This document shows positions 55,284 to 55,655 of a DNA stretch of 55,655 nucleotides, piece after piece (position 1 is the stretch's first letter; each line of letters opens with the position of its first letter). Made by a program: the position numbers and the translations under genes. A model generated the notes under the pieces. It did not search any database and was not told the origin of the DNA. It saw only the letters and a program-made list of their open reading frames with translations. The DNA is from Chromera velia (Eukaryota), in NCBI GenBank assembly GCA_018398765.1, contig JAHBMJ010000117.1, positions 1 through 55,655 of the forward strand, written 5' to 3'.

Positions 55284-55655
55284 AACTGACTGTACTGACA
55301 ATTGAAACTTTTGTACTGGAAAGTGACTTTGAAAAATTTAGTTTTTAAAACATTAAAATAGATAGTTTAACTTTTAAACTAATTGATTTTCATAATTTAT
55401 TTAAGACTATTTAAGCTTAGTAAGATGTTTAAAAAATGAAATAAAAAAATGTATATATAGAGTATATATTTTTTCAAAACTATAAATTGTCTGGTACCTA
55501 TCATCGTAAATTAACTCTAAGACGAAAACATCATAAGAAATGCATCTGAATGTCTCTGAATCGATCTAATTGAAGCATTTCTTCTCATGATTATAACTGT
55601 TTTATTTTCAATTCATATGAGGCACTGCTCAACGGCGGGCGTGTCAGGGGTAGGG
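55284..55655 (-). mobile_element. Second copy of the 32423-35927 AAC-TIR element, truncated by the window edge
   Basis: Reverse complement of ~35555-35927, starting AACTGACTGTACTGACAATTGAAAC. Confidence 0.92.

Overview
Eukaryotic nuclear DNA. Spliceosomal GT-AG introns packed with microsatellites, an RNI-type LRR gene and a bipartite plastid-type leader together suggest a chromerid-like alveolate such as Chromera (inference). Only two genes look intact: a 6-exon RluA-family pseudouridine synthase (8130-12676, minus) and a short orphan ORF (42777-43250). The rest is mostly transposable-element debris. The main components are: (1) an apparently full-length ~11.8-kb Helitron (12938-24707) with an intron-containing, inactivated HUH-Rep/PIF1 gene, two cargo genes, a tRNA-like Pol III cassette and a satellite; (2) three copies of TIR elements with related 5'-AAC...GTT-3' ends and, where both ends are visible, 4-bp TSDs that fit no common superfamily well; (3) two MULE-like elements with 9-10-bp TSDs; (4) a ~2.09-kb tandem array; (5) a deeply nested cluster of a CRE-like retrotransposon, a foldback element, LINE tails and MITEs; and (6) large decayed genes. 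Repeats and pseudogenes show pervasive C>T/G>A transitions, including non-CpG contexts, which resembles RIP-like hypermutation. All alignments and translations were done by eye.
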